Virus record (IMG/VR): IMGVR_UViG_3300037465_000339
Direction: 5' to 3' (one strand)
Origin: a virus
Length of the DNA stretch: 44,723 nucleotides
The notes under the pieces were generated by a model. It worked only from the letters and a program-made list of their open reading frames with translations, made no database searches and had not been told where the DNA came from. Shown piece by piece: positions 8,576 to 17,747 of this stretch; position 1 is the stretch's first letter, and every line of letters begins with the position of its first letter. The position numbers and the translations under genes were made by a program.

Positions 8576-10417
8576 ATGACTGTTAATGTTTGGGCAGTAG
8601 TTGGTGCTACTCCGGGATATCTTCCACTTACAGCACTTATTGGAACTGCTGGTCAAATTCTTGCAATGAATAGCGGAGCTACTGCCGCTGAATGGAAAAA
8701 TTGGAAGATTCTGTCAGATCAACTTTACGGGCCAGCAGGAACAGTAGGAGCACCAAGTCTTGCTTTTGAAGGAGATCTTACTTCTGGTTGGTATCGTCCT
8801 GCTGCAAATCAGTGGGCACTTAGCATCAGTAATAGTCAGAAGTTTCTAGCTACTGGCTCTAATTTTACTTTTTATAATCCAATTACTCTTTCTGGAAAAC
8901 TTCTCCAGGAAGATCAAAGTAGTGATATTTCTGCGGCTGCTACCACCGATCTTGGAACTGCTACAGGTAATTATGTAGTTGTTACCAACACTTCTGGCAC
9001 CACTACTATAACATCTTTCGGCGGCGCCACGATCCCTGCTGGAACGGAGATTGAAACGAAGTTCAGTATTACTGGTGGTTCTGTTTCTCTTACTCACAAT
9101 GCTACATCTCTTATTCTTCTTGGCGGTTCGAATATCGCTCTCCAAGATAAAGATGTTATTCGTTGGAGAAAGATTAATGATGCTTCTGCCTATTGGGAGA
9201 TGGTAGGTTTTCAACGAGGACTTGCAACAAGTCAAATTACTACAAAAGGTGGAATTCTTGTAGGAACTCTTAGTGGTGGTTCTATTATTCCACAAGAAAA
9301 AACTGTTCCTGCGAATGGAAATATTAGATTTGCTAATAGTAATGATTCTACTGGTTGGGTTGATGATACTTTTAGAAAAAAGAACGCCATCATCAACGGC
9401 GACTTCAACATCTGGCAGCGGGGAACAAGCTTCACAAGTGTTACAACAAACGCCTATTCGGCAGATAGATGGGTTTATGGCGTATCTGGAAGTGCCGTTC
9501 ATGACATTTCGCGTTCCACGGATGTTCCCACCGTTGCCGAAGCAGGACGCCTGTTTAACTATTCTTTGCTGTTGGATTGCACGACAGCGGATGCCAGTAT
9601 TGCGGCTGGTGATTACAGCACCATTGCGCAAAGAATTGAGGGCTATAACTGGCTTCCACTTGCACAACGCGCAGTCACTTTGTCGTTTTGGGTCAAGGCA
9701 ACCAAGACCGGGATTTATTGTGCTTCACTGACAAATGGTGGCTTTGATCGCTCATGCGTCAAGGAATACACGATCAACTCGGCAGACACTTGGGAGAAAA
9801 AAACTCTTACTTTTCCTGCGTCGCCTTCTGCTGGAACATGGGATTACACAAATGGGCTTGGTGCGCAGGTTATTTTTGCTATTGCAGTTGGCTCCACTTA
9901 TCAAACAACGGCTGATTCATGGCAAACAGGAAACTATTTCGCTACCAGCAGCCAAGTCAACGGCACCGATTCCACGAGCAACAACTTCCGCCTCTGCGGC
10001 GTGCAGCTTGAAGCGGGAAGCGTAACTACGGAGTTAGAGCAGCGGACGTTTCAGGAAGAACTGGCGCTATGCCAGAGGTATTACCTCAAGACAACTGATT
10101 ACGGTGTTGTAGTTACCAATAATGTCGGAACTTTGGTTGGGGCTATCGAAGGTAAAGGAGTTACAGCAGGAAGCGATGAACCGTTTGCATACTGGTCTTT
10201 TCCAACCGAAATGCGAACTAACCCAACAGTTACGCTTTATACACCCGGAACCGGGACGACAGGGCAGTGGGGAAATCCTAATGCCGCTACTACCAATGCG
10301 AGATTGGGGGGTGGTGTCTCTGCAGGAACTAGGGGGACAAGTATAGATAATGGTGGTGTAGCAGTTGCATCTGGCACTCAATGCTATATCCATGCGGCTG
10401 CCGTAGCGGAGATTTAA
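8576..10417 (+). CDS. Tail fibre / receptor-binding protein
   Basis: 613 aa. The N-terminal segment APSLAFEGDLTSGWYRPAANQWALS resembles conserved phage fibre anchor motifs. The C-terminal VQLEAGSVTTELEQRTFQEELALCQRYY motif recurs in phage fibre C-domains. G+C jumps after about nt 9385. Confidence 0.7.
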   Translation: MTVNVWAVVGATPGYLPLTALIGTAGQILAMNSGATAAEWKNWKILSDQLYGPAGTVGAPSLAFEGDLTSGWYRPAANQWALSISNSQKFLATGSNFTFYNPITLSGKLLQEDQSSDISAAATTDLGTATGNYVVVTNTSGTTTITSFGGATIPAGTEIETKFSITGGSVSLTHNATSLILLGGSNIALQDKDVIRWRKINDASAYWEMVGFQRGLATSQITTKGGILVGTLSGGSIIPQEKTVPANGNIRFANSNDSTGWVDDTFRKKNAIINGDFNIWQRGTSFTSVTTNAYSADRWVYGVSGSAVHDISRSTDVPTVAEAGRLFNYSLLLDCTTADASIAAGDYSTIAQRIEGYNWLPLAQRAVTLSFWVKATKTGIYCASLTNGGFDRSCVKEYTINSADTWEKKTLTFPASPSAGTWDYTNGLGAQVIFAIAVGSTYQTTADSWQTGNYFATSSQVNGTDSTSNNFRLCGVQLEAGSVTTELEQRTFQEELALCQRYYLKTTDYGVVVTNNVGTLVGAIEGKGVTAGSDEPFAYWSFPTEMRTNPTVTLYTPGTGTTGQWGNPNAATTNARLGGGVSAGTRGTSIDNGGVAVASGTQCYIHAAAVAEI

Positions 10418-10420
10418 CTC

Positions 10421-10660
10421 ATGACCTATAAACTCACACACAGCGAACTTGTCATTCGTCTTAAAGATGGGGCATATATTCCGAACGATCCTCGTAACAC
10501 CGACAGGCAGGAATACGACAAGTGGCTCGCTGCTGGCAATGCGCCGCAACCTGCTGATCCATTGCCGCCTCCTGCACCACGACGTTATTCAGCATTAGAA
10601 AAAGCACTTATTAAAAAAGGATTACTTACTCAAGCTGAACTTGATGCGGAGACAGATTAA
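10421..10660 (+). CDS. Small fibre-associated protein (putative)
   Basis: 79 aa directly after the fibre gene. The motif DGAYIPNDPRNTDRQEYDKWLAAGN is common downstream of phage fibres. Its 5' part is GC-rich like the fibre 3' half. Confidence 0.5.
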   Translation: MTYKLTHSELVIRLKDGAYIPNDPRNTDRQEYDKWLAAGNAPQPADPLPPPAPRRYSALEKALIKKGLLTQAELDAETD

Positions 10661-11046
10661 TGAAACCACACGCACTAGATTTAGAATTTCGATTAGGAAT
10701 TCCTCATAATGCTCTTTGGGCTGATTCTGAAGATCGCCATCAAGAAGCTGGAATTGAGAGTCAATATTTTGGTCTAGTGCTTGGGATTCGTTGGGGCCAC
10801 TTTATTTGCACACTTCCATGGAGCGGAAGTTGGCTTGATGCAAATAGAAAAAATACTCGTGTTTTTCGTTTCAACTTTCTCTTTCCTTGGATTTCAATAT
10901 CTATTTCCAAATATGGTTTTTATTTTGGAGCTAAAGATTTTGGTTGGCTCCCTGTCTATGTTCTCAACGGTATTTGGCCTGATGGAAATGAAGGAGATCG
11001 TGCATTAACTTTTAGTGCATCTATTAGACGCACAAGGATAACTTAA
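10660..11046 (+). CDS. Hypothetical protein
   Basis: 128 aa, Trp/Phe-rich. TAATG overlap with the upstream gene. Confidence 0.4.
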   Translation: MKPHALDLEFRLGIPHNALWADSEDRHQEAGIESQYFGLVLGIRWGHFICTLPWSGSWLDANRKNTRVFRFNFLFPWISISISKYGFYFGAKDFGWLPVYVLNGIWPDGNEGDRALTFSASIRRTRIT

Positions 11047-11047
11047 A

Positions 11048-11344
11048 ATGGCTGATGGAGATCGTAGAAAGCATTTTTATCCTCAAATATCTCTCGGTTC
11101 AATTATAGCTACAGTAACTTTTCTTCTTTCTGGGGTAGGTGCTTTTGCTCAATTTCAATCAAAAATTGAACGTCAGGAGCAAAAAATTGAAAACATTGAG
11201 AAAAAAGATAAAGAACGTCAAGAAGAAGCAAAAGAACAACGACAAGAAATCAAACAAGAAATTAAGGAAGTTAAACAAGAAGTTAAAGATATTCGTCAGG
11301 ATGTTCAAAAAATTCTTCAAGAAATAAGAAGCACGCGCCGATGA
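11048..11344 (+). CDS. Membrane-anchored coiled-coil protein (hypothetical)
   Basis: 98 aa. One hydrophobic helix (SIIATVTFLLSGVGAFA) is followed by a K/E/Q-rich heptad-like region. Confidence 0.45.
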   Translation: MADGDRRKHFYPQISLGSIIATVTFLLSGVGAFAQFQSKIERQEQKIENIEKKDKERQEEAKEQRQEIKQEIKEVKQEVKDIRQDVQKILQEIRSTRR

Positions 11345-12924
11345 GTTTCGATACTTTTACACTTCTTCTTAATGCGGCTGATTTTCCTTTTGTTTCTGAT
11401 TTTTTTCAGCGCCCTGTAATCATTCCACAAATTGATCTTCCTCCCCGCGCCGGGAAACTTGTAACTGGCACAGAAGAAGGAAGTAATAAAGAATTGCCTC
11501 AAACATTTTATGCTCAAAATGTAATGCCAACAGCAGAAGGAGTAATGAGTGTTGGATTTGAGCAGATTGTTCCAGGTTTGTCAGGAGTTACAGATTTCGA
11601 TCAAGTAATTACACTTAGAGATGAAGATGAGAATGTATTTCTTTTAGCTCCAGCTAAAGGAAAAAATTATATCTATAGAGAAGATGTTGGAGAATGGGTT
11701 TCTACTAATGCATTTACTGGTTGGACTGGTGAACACGTTACTAGAGCATATGTAAATGGGAGAACATTTGTTTGTTACGAAAATTACAATATCTATGAAT
11801 ATAATACTGTTGCAGATACTTTTCTTCCAATAACTATTACAGGACTTTCTGCTGCAGATATTCATGCCATTGGTGCAAGCAATAACTATATGCTTGCAGT
11901 TAGTGGTATTACAGTTCATTGGAGTAGTCTTGTAGATCCTACAGATTTTACTCCCAATATTACCACAGGTGCGGGATTTTCAATTCCACAAGATATTAAA
12001 GGTGGCATTCATGCTGTAGGTAATGTAAGTAGTGGCTTTGTAATTTACACAAATAAGAACACTGTCGGCGCCCTCTATACTAATAACGCCAGAGCACCAT
12101 TTGTATTTCGTGAAGTATCCAATGCTGGTGGTGTAATATCTCCTGAGCTTGTAACTCTTGATACTACTACAGGATACCACTATGCTTACACTAGCGCCGG
12201 ACTACAAAAAATAACGGCGCAGGCATCTGAGATGTTAGAAACGGCAATTACAGATTTTCTTGCTGGTAGAGTTTATGAATCTTTTGATCTTACAACACTA
12301 ACTCTCACACTCGAAAAATTAAATGAAAATTTGAAAGTTAAAGTAGCGTATGTTTCTAATCGTTACTTAGTAATTAGTTATGGGAAAATTTCAAGTCCAC
12401 AAATTTATACTCATGCACTTGTTCTTGATACTAGTCTTAAGCGGTGGGGAAAACTTAGAATTGATCATGTAGATTGTTTTACTTATCCGTATCCAAACAT
12501 TATTGGAGATTTTACAGAAAGTCCGCCGAAGCAAAGTATGGCGTTTCTCCAAAAAGATGGAACGATTCAACTTTGTATTCTCGACTATCGAATTAAACAA
12601 GATCAAGGAGTTCTTCTCCTTGGTCGTTATCAGCTTGTGCGCCAAAAAGCTATTACTTTTCAATCTCTTGAACTTGAAAGTTTGGTGCAAGCATATCCAC
12701 CAAATGTTTATCTTGTTATCTCTCTTGATGGTAAAACACTTTCGGCGCCCGCTGCTCTTTCCACTCTTTATGATAACGGAAACATTAAAAAATATGGCGC
12801 TCCTACTTGGAGTGGAAGTGGCCCTGCACCAGCAAGAACCGGAAAGAATATTAGTCTATTAGCTGTAGGAACATTTGAACTTTCTACTGGTGTTTTGACT
12901 TTGACTCGTCATGGGAATCGCTAA
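11341..12924 (+). CDS. Virion structural protein (tail component, putative)
   Basis: 527 aa, ATGA overlap with the upstream gene, beta-rich composition. It lies inside the tail module. Confidence 0.45.
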   Translation: MSFDTFTLLLNAADFPFVSDFFQRPVIIPQIDLPPRAGKLVTGTEEGSNKELPQTFYAQNVMPTAEGVMSVGFEQIVPGLSGVTDFDQVITLRDEDENVFLLAPAKGKNYIYREDVGEWVSTNAFTGWTGEHVTRAYVNGRTFVCYENYNIYEYNTVADTFLPITITGLSAADIHAIGASNNYMLAVSGITVHWSSLVDPTDFTPNITTGAGFSIPQDIKGGIHAVGNVSSGFVIYTNKNTVGALYTNNARAPFVFREVSNAGGVISPELVTLDTTTGYHYAYTSAGLQKITAQASEMLETAITDFLAGRVYESFDLTTLTLTLEKLNENLKVKVAYVSNRYLVISYGKISSPQIYTHALVLDTSLKRWGKLRIDHVDCFTYPYPNIIGDFTESPPKQSMAFLQKDGTIQLCILDYRIKQDQGVLLLGRYQLVRQKAITFQSLELESLVQAYPPNVYLVISLDGKTLSAPAALSTLYDNGNIKKYGAPTWSGSGPAPARTGKNISLLAVGTFELSTGVLTLTRHGNR

Positions 12925-13486
12925 TTATCGTATTATTCTTGGACTTCCTCAACTTCCAGAAGGAGTTCCACCTGAGTTATTTAATCAATTTTTTATTATT
13001 TATCAAGCTATTAATAATCTTCTCCGACAAATCTCTCAATTTGCTGGAATTGATGCTCAAGATTCTACCATCTGGGATCAACTTTCTGTAGATGATACGA
13101 TATGGCAAATAGTTCCTACAAGGTGGTATGCACGACAAAATGAAGCATTGAATTTTGGAGATGCTGTATCAGCCTTTCTTAGCAGTGGTGAACTTCAAGT
13201 TAGAAAGGCTAATGCAACAGATAATACACGACCATGTATTGGATTTGTAACTAGTCAAGATCATACAAGTTCTATTGGTTCTTTTTGTGAAGTTACAGCA
13301 TCGGTAGGACTTATTACTGGAATTTCTGGAATGACTGCTGGAACCCGTTATTTTCTTTCGACTTCAGCAGGACTCATTACTTCTACTGCTCCTGTAGCAG
13401 CAGGAAATATAGAACAAGTAGTTGGAATTGCTTTAGCATCGAATAGACTTCTTGTAAATATTAATATGGCGTGGGTGCAACATTAA
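12911..13486 (+). CDS. Virion structural protein (fibre-like, putative)
   Basis: 191 aa. The C-terminal pattern GTRYFLSTSAGLITSTAP...QVVGIAL is typical of fibre or knob-like proteins. Confidence 0.4.
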   Translation: MGIANYRIILGLPQLPEGVPPELFNQFFIIYQAINNLLRQISQFAGIDAQDSTIWDQLSVDDTIWQIVPTRWYARQNEALNFGDAVSAFLSSGELQVRKANATDNTRPCIGFVTSQDHTSSIGSFCEVTASVGLITGISGMTAGTRYFLSTSAGLITSTAPVAAGNIEQVVGIALASNRLLVNINMAWVQH

Positions 13487-13495
13487 AGGAAATTT

Positions 13496-13711
13496 ATGGA
13501 TATTCATGAAATGCTCCCATCACTAATTGCCAATCTTCCTGAAGGAACAATGGTAATTCTTCGTTTCGATGAAGAAAAAGAGGAAGAAAAATATAATCCT
13601 TATGAAGATTTTCAAACTGCCGCTGATATAATGATAACAGGTGGAATTAGTGGTGGTGGCGGTGGCGGTGGTGATGGTTATCCAAATCCCCTTGGACATA
13701 GTAGAATCTAA
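13496..13711 (+). CDS. Hypothetical protein with a poly-Gly tract
   Basis: 71 aa with an AAAGGAA SD. It contains GGISGGGGGGGDG, encoded by a (GGT/GGC)n run. Confidence 0.4.
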   Translation: MDIHEMLPSLIANLPEGTMVILRFDEEKEEEKYNPYEDFQTAADIMITGGISGGGGGGGDGYPNPLGHSRI

Positions 13712-14043
13712 TGGCTGGAACATTCACTGGAAAAAGTATTGCAGATGGTCAACTGCCTACAGCACAAGCTGCCATCTACACTGTTCCAATAAGCACCATT
13801 AGCTATGTTAAACAACTCTATATGTTTAACACTAATGCTGCTACGCAGACAATTGATGTATGGCTGCGCCGAAGTGGTGGATCTGCGAGAAGAATTCATC
13901 GAGCAGTTATTGCTCAAAATGAATCTGTAGAGTTTCTCGATCAAGGAGAAACAATAGAACTTTCAGCTGGGGATACGATTGAAGCACAAACAACAACTGC
14001 CAGTGCAGTTGATTATATCGTTACTGGCGTGGAAGAAACCTAA
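13711..14043 (+). CDS. Hypothetical small beta-rich tail-module protein
   Basis: 110 aa with TAATG overlaps at both ends. Confidence 0.45.
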   Translation: MAGTFTGKSIADGQLPTAQAAIYTVPISTISYVKQLYMFNTNAATQTIDVWLRRSGGSARRIHRAVIAQNESVEFLDQGETIELSAGDTIEAQTTTASAVDYIVTGVEET

Positions 14044-15689
14044 TGCAATTATATGATACCGCAGGATTGAAGAAGCCAGTTCCAGGTGGTGGACTGGCTG
14101 CTGCTATTCAAACTCTTTGGGCTGGAACAACTGGCGCAACTGGGCCAACTGTTACTTTTAGTGATGCTAACGGTATTTCATTTGGTGCAAACGGTAATAC
14201 AATAACAGCTTCTCATAATGCACTTACTAGTCAATCAGCACAAACTGTTGGTCTTTATGGAGTAGGAAATACTACTCAAAATAGTAGCACAACTCTTGAT
14301 GCTAGGACTCTTTCTTTTGGTGGTCGTGGAAATATTACTGTAGGATTTTCTAATGGCACCATTCAAATTAGCGGTAGCCAATCTGTTCAACCAGGTATTC
14401 AATCAATCTCAGCGGGAACAACGAGAATTACTACAGGAGAAGCAATTTTCTCCAACTCCAATGGGATATCTTTTGGAGTAAATGGGCAGACGATCACTGC
14501 CAGCCACAACGCGCTCACCGCTGGAATCCAAAGTATCAGTGCCGGAACAACTAGAGCTACCGCTGGAGAAGTAGTTTTTAGTAACAGTAATGGAATAACT
14601 TTTGGACTTAATGGACAAACTGTAACTGCCAGTCATAATGCATTAACAAGTCAAAGTAATCAAGCATTTTCTGCTGCTGGTGGGAGTTCAGCTTTTCAAA
14701 CTCTTGGATTTAGCGATAATGCTGCTGCCAGTTTTACAAATACTAATGGTTCTGTTGCTATTGCTTCTGTTCGCGCATCTCTTTTTGCTGCAAGTAATAC
14801 CACACAAGGAACTAGCGGCACTCAGAATCTCAATGCCATTACCTTTGCCGGCGCAGGTGTAGCATCAGTAGGAATAACTAATGGTAGTGTAGTTGTTAGT
14901 GTCCCCTCTGGTGGTGGTGGATTGACAAATATTAATGTCAGTGCTGGAACTACAAGCAATAATCTTTCCAATCTTGTATTTTCTGATGGTGGAAATGTTA
15001 GTTTTGGTCTCAATGGTAGCACCATAACTGCTAGTGCTCCTTCTGGTGGTGGTGGAGTTACTCTTTCAGAGTGGGTTGCAGGCAGTGGTGCTACTGCTGC
15101 TGGTTCTAATGCAGCTAACAGTAGTATGTCTCTTGTTCCATTTTCTCTTGCACAGGCTGTTGCTGCATCTCAACTTGAATTTGCTGCGAGTATTTCTGCT
15201 GCAACACAAACGAATACTAGTAGTGCTGGATTTACTATTGGTCTTTCTGCTGTAATTTATACTAGAAACGGAGCTACTCTTTCTAGTCTTAATAGTGCTT
15301 CTACTAGTGCTACTACATTTCATCAAAGTAATAGCACTAGTAGCGTTGCAGGTGCTAGGAAATTTACTCTTAGTCTTGCTTCTACTTCTGTATTTTCTGC
15401 TGGACAGTATTGGTTGGCTCTTCATGCAACTACAACTACAGGTGGTCAAACAAGTCTTGCTAAAGGATTATCTTTTGCTGTTCAACCTACATGGGCATCT
15501 GGTATGGGAGCTGCGAACTATTTTGGCAGTAATACTACTAATACTCGCGGCATTCGTCCAGGACTTGCGATCCACAGCACTGGTGCAACAAGAGCTAGTA
15601 TTGCATTTAGCGATATTACTGGACACGCAGGAAACTCAGCTTCTCTTGCAAATCTATGGTTTGGAATGAGGAATCAAACGGTATGGTAA
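14043..15689 (+). CDS. Ser/Thr/Gly-rich repeat-containing fibre or spike protein (putative)
   Basis: 548 aa. The unit NG(I/V)(S/T)FG.NG.T(I/V)TASHNALT recurs at least 4 times, and IQSISAGTTR...FSNSNGI occurs twice. Composition is very Ser/Thr/Ala/Gly-rich. Confidence 0.6.
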   Translation: MQLYDTAGLKKPVPGGGLAAAIQTLWAGTTGATGPTVTFSDANGISFGANGNTITASHNALTSQSAQTVGLYGVGNTTQNSSTTLDARTLSFGGRGNITVGFSNGTIQISGSQSVQPGIQSISAGTTRITTGEAIFSNSNGISFGVNGQTITASHNALTAGIQSISAGTTRATAGEVVFSNSNGITFGLNGQTVTASHNALTSQSNQAFSAAGGSSAFQTLGFSDNAAASFTNTNGSVAIASVRASLFAASNTTQGTSGTQNLNAITFAGAGVASVGITNGSVVVSVPSGGGGLTNINVSAGTTSNNLSNLVFSDGGNVSFGLNGSTITASAPSGGGGVTLSEWVAGSGATAAGSNAANSSMSLVPFSLAQAVAASQLEFAASISAATQTNTSSAGFTIGLSAVIYTRNGATLSSLNSASTSATTFHQSNSTSSVAGARKFTLSLASTSVFSAGQYWLALHATTTTGGQTSLAKGLSFAVQPTWASGMGAANYFGSNTTNTRGIRPGLAIHSTGATRASIAFSDITGHAGNSASLANLWFGMRNQTVW

Positions 15690-16423
15690 GAAAGAAAAAA
15701 GGAATTATTGGACTTGAATCAGGAATTCATAATAAAGATTTACAAGTTTCTAGCACAAAACTTCTTCGTTCTGGAAGCTACAAGAAACAGCGTGTAATTT
15801 CTTTAATTCCAGCTATTGAACCAATTCCACCTAAAGTTTATCTTTCCCATTGCGCTCTTATATTTCCACCAAATCAAGGAGTTTTTCGCTTTCTTGCAGA
15901 AGGTGATGAAGTAGGAATAGCATTTAATAATGCAGTAGAAACAATACTCAAGCATCCTGATCTTTCTAAATGGGAATATTTACTTACCATTGAAGCTGAT
16001 AATATTCCTCAACCAGATGCATTAATTCGATTACTTCAAAGAATGGAAGATAACCCTCAACTTGATGCAATTGGAGGTCTTTATTGGACTAAAGGATTAG
16101 GTGGAGTTCCTCAAATCTGGGGTGATCCAAAAGATACACTCCCGAATTATAGACCACAACTTCCTGATGTTAATGGTGGACTTGTAGAATGTTGTGGTTT
16201 GGGAATGGGATTTACTCTTTATAGATTAAAGATGCTTAAAGATCCTGAATTTCCTCGTCCTTTTTTCAAAACACTTGCAGGAAAAGAAGGAGTTGGCACT
16301 CAAGACCTTTATTTTTGGGGAAACGCGCGCAGGCTAGGCTATCGTTGTGCAGTTGACTGTGGAACGGTAATTGGACATTACGACTTTGAAGGAAAATATG
16401 GTGAACCAGACACGACGTATTAA
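15683..16423 (+). CDS. Glycosyltransferase, GT-A / family 2-like (putative)
   Basis: ATG 15683 (GAGGA SD at 15668-15672) overlaps the fibre stop. The pattern LLTIEADN sits in the DxD position. The downstream motifs GLGMGFTLYR and GTQDLYFWGNARRLGYRCAVDCGTVIGHY match the GT2 layout. Confidence 0.6.
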   Translation: MVRKKKGIIGLESGIHNKDLQVSSTKLLRSGSYKKQRVISLIPAIEPIPPKVYLSHCALIFPPNQGVFRFLAEGDEVGIAFNNAVETILKHPDLSKWEYLLTIEADNIPQPDALIRLLQRMEDNPQLDAIGGLYWTKGLGGVPQIWGDPKDTLPNYRPQLPDVNGGLVECCGLGMGFTLYRLKMLKDPEFPRPFFKTLAGKEGVGTQDLYFWGNARRLGYRCAVDCGTVIGHYDFEGKYGEPDTTY

Positions 16424-16979
16424 AAAAGTAGAAGAAGTAAAACTTCTCAAACTTGATCTTGGTTGTGGAACGCGCAAGCAAGAAGGATTTATTGGTGTTG
16501 ATAAAGTTAAAGGCGAAAAAGTTGATGTAGTTTGTGACCTTGGGCGCGGACGCTGGCCATGGAAAAATAATAGTGTTGGAGAAGTATTTTGTTCTCATAT
16601 GCTTGAGCATCTTAAACCATTGGAACGAATTAATTTTGCTAATGAACTTTGGCGCGTTCTAGCTCCGGGCGCTAAAGCAAAAATTATTACTCCAAATTGG
16701 GCAAGTAATAGAGCCTATGGCGATCTTACTCATGAATGGCCGCCAGTTTGTGAAATGTGGTATCTCTATTTGTGTAAGAGTTGGAGAGAAGAAAATGCAC
16801 AGCATAACGATGTTCTTGGTTATCGTTGTGATTTTGAACTTCCAAATTGGGATTACATCTTGCATCAGAATATTGTAGGAAGGCCACAAGAATATATTAT
16901 TCATGCATTGAGTTTTTGGAAAGAAGCAGCAATGGATTTGATTACTATTCTTACTTGTAAAAAAGAGATTAAAAAATAA
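16398..16979 (+). CDS. Class I SAM-dependent methyltransferase (putative)
   Basis: Motif I LDLGCG is followed by FIGVD and CSHMLEHL. No DPPY/NPPY DNA-methyltransferase motif was seen. The start could be 16371 or 16398. Confidence 0.6.
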   Translation: MVNQTRRIKKVEEVKLLKLDLGCGTRKQEGFIGVDKVKGEKVDVVCDLGRGRWPWKNNSVGEVFCSHMLEHLKPLERINFANELWRVLAPGAKAKIITPNWASNRAYGDLTHEWPPVCEMWYLYLCKSWREENAQHNDVLGYRCDFELPNWDYILHQNIVGRPQEYIIHALSFWKEAAMDLITILTCKKEIKK

Positions 16980-16984
16980 AGAAA

Positions 16985-17341
16985 ATGACACTCGGAGAAA
17001 AACAACGTCGGTTTTGTTACCTAGTTGGTAAACTTATCCTTTGGACTTACGATCAAGGATATGAACTTACTTTTGGAGAAGCAACAAGAAGTGCTGAACA
17101 AGCTGCTAGAAATGCAGCGGCAGGAATTGGTATTTCTAACAGTCTCCACACTAAACGTCTTGCAATTGACCTTAATCTATTCATTGATGTTGATGGAGAA
17201 ATGGTTTATCAAACCATTAGTGAAGCCTACAAACCACTTGGAGAATATTGGAAAAGTCTTGATCCATCCTGCTGTTGGGGCGGAGATTTCAAGAAAAAGG
17301 ATGGTAATCATTTCAGCTTTGAACACGAAGGAGTAAAATAA
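16985..17341 (+). CDS. Endolysin, peptidase M15 (VanY / L-Ala-D-Glu peptidase-like)
   Basis: 118 aa. Zn ligand pattern SLHTKRLAIDL ... DGNHFSFEH. Confidence 0.8.
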   Translation: MTLGEKQRRFCYLVGKLILWTYDQGYELTFGEATRSAEQAARNAAAGIGISNSLHTKRLAIDLNLFIDVDGEMVYQTISEAYKPLGEYWKSLDPSCCWGGDFKKKDGNHFSFEHEGVK

Positions 17342-17745
17342 TGCTTCAAGTTCTACTTCCAATTCTTGGAACTATTGGTGCTCAAGTTGCAAAGAATTTA
17401 TTTCCTGATCCTGCGGACGAGCAAAAAAGATTGGAAGTAGAAAAGAATTTTGCTATTGAAACAATGAAACAAGCGCAGGCAATTGAAACTGCGGCGGCTG
17501 AAATTGTAAAAGCTGAAGCTCAGTCTGGAAGTTTTCTTGCAGCAAATTGGCGTCCAATTACTATGCTTATTTTTGTTGCTCTTATTGTTGCACGTTGGTT
17601 TGGTGTTGCTGCTCCGAATCTTGCAGAAGAAGAATATATTAAGCTTTGGGATATTGTGCAACTTGGATTAGGTGGATATGTTATTGGTAGATCTGCTGAA
17701 AAGATTGTTCCAGCAATTACTGCTGCGCTTAAAGGAAAGGGTTAA
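17341..17745 (+). CDS. Holin (3-TM, GTA-holin-like; putative)
   Basis: 134 aa directly after the endolysin (TAATG overlap). It has three hydrophobic segments, and AEAQSGSFLAANWRP resembles the 3-TM holin family. Confidence 0.5.
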   Translation: MLQVLLPILGTIGAQVAKNLFPDPADEQKRLEVEKNFAIETMKQAQAIETAAAEIVKAEAQSGSFLAANWRPITMLIFVALIVARWFGVAAPNLAEEEYIKLWDIVQLGLGGYVIGRSAEKIVPAITAALKGKG

Positions 17746-17747
17746 AG

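Noticed and set aside
8846-9667. A 273-aa antisense ORF within the tail-fibre gene, and similar antisense ORFs inside terL, portal, capsid, the 1707-aa gene, polymerase and helicase
   Set aside because: Each is fully embedded opposite a long, motif-bearing CDS, has no SD, and has Ser/Ile/Asn/Cys-rich composition typical of antisense frames.
9385-10417. The GC-rich fibre C-terminus, considered as a diversity-generating retroelement target
   Set aside because: No reverse transcriptase gene and no template-repeat copy of the fibre 3' end occur anywhere in the window.
13640-13678. The (GGT/GGC)n run encoding poly-Gly, considered as a phase-variation tract
   Set aside because: The repeat is an imperfect mix of GGT and GGC codons and is in-frame by triplets, so slippage would only change Gly number. 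There is no evidence of on/off switching.
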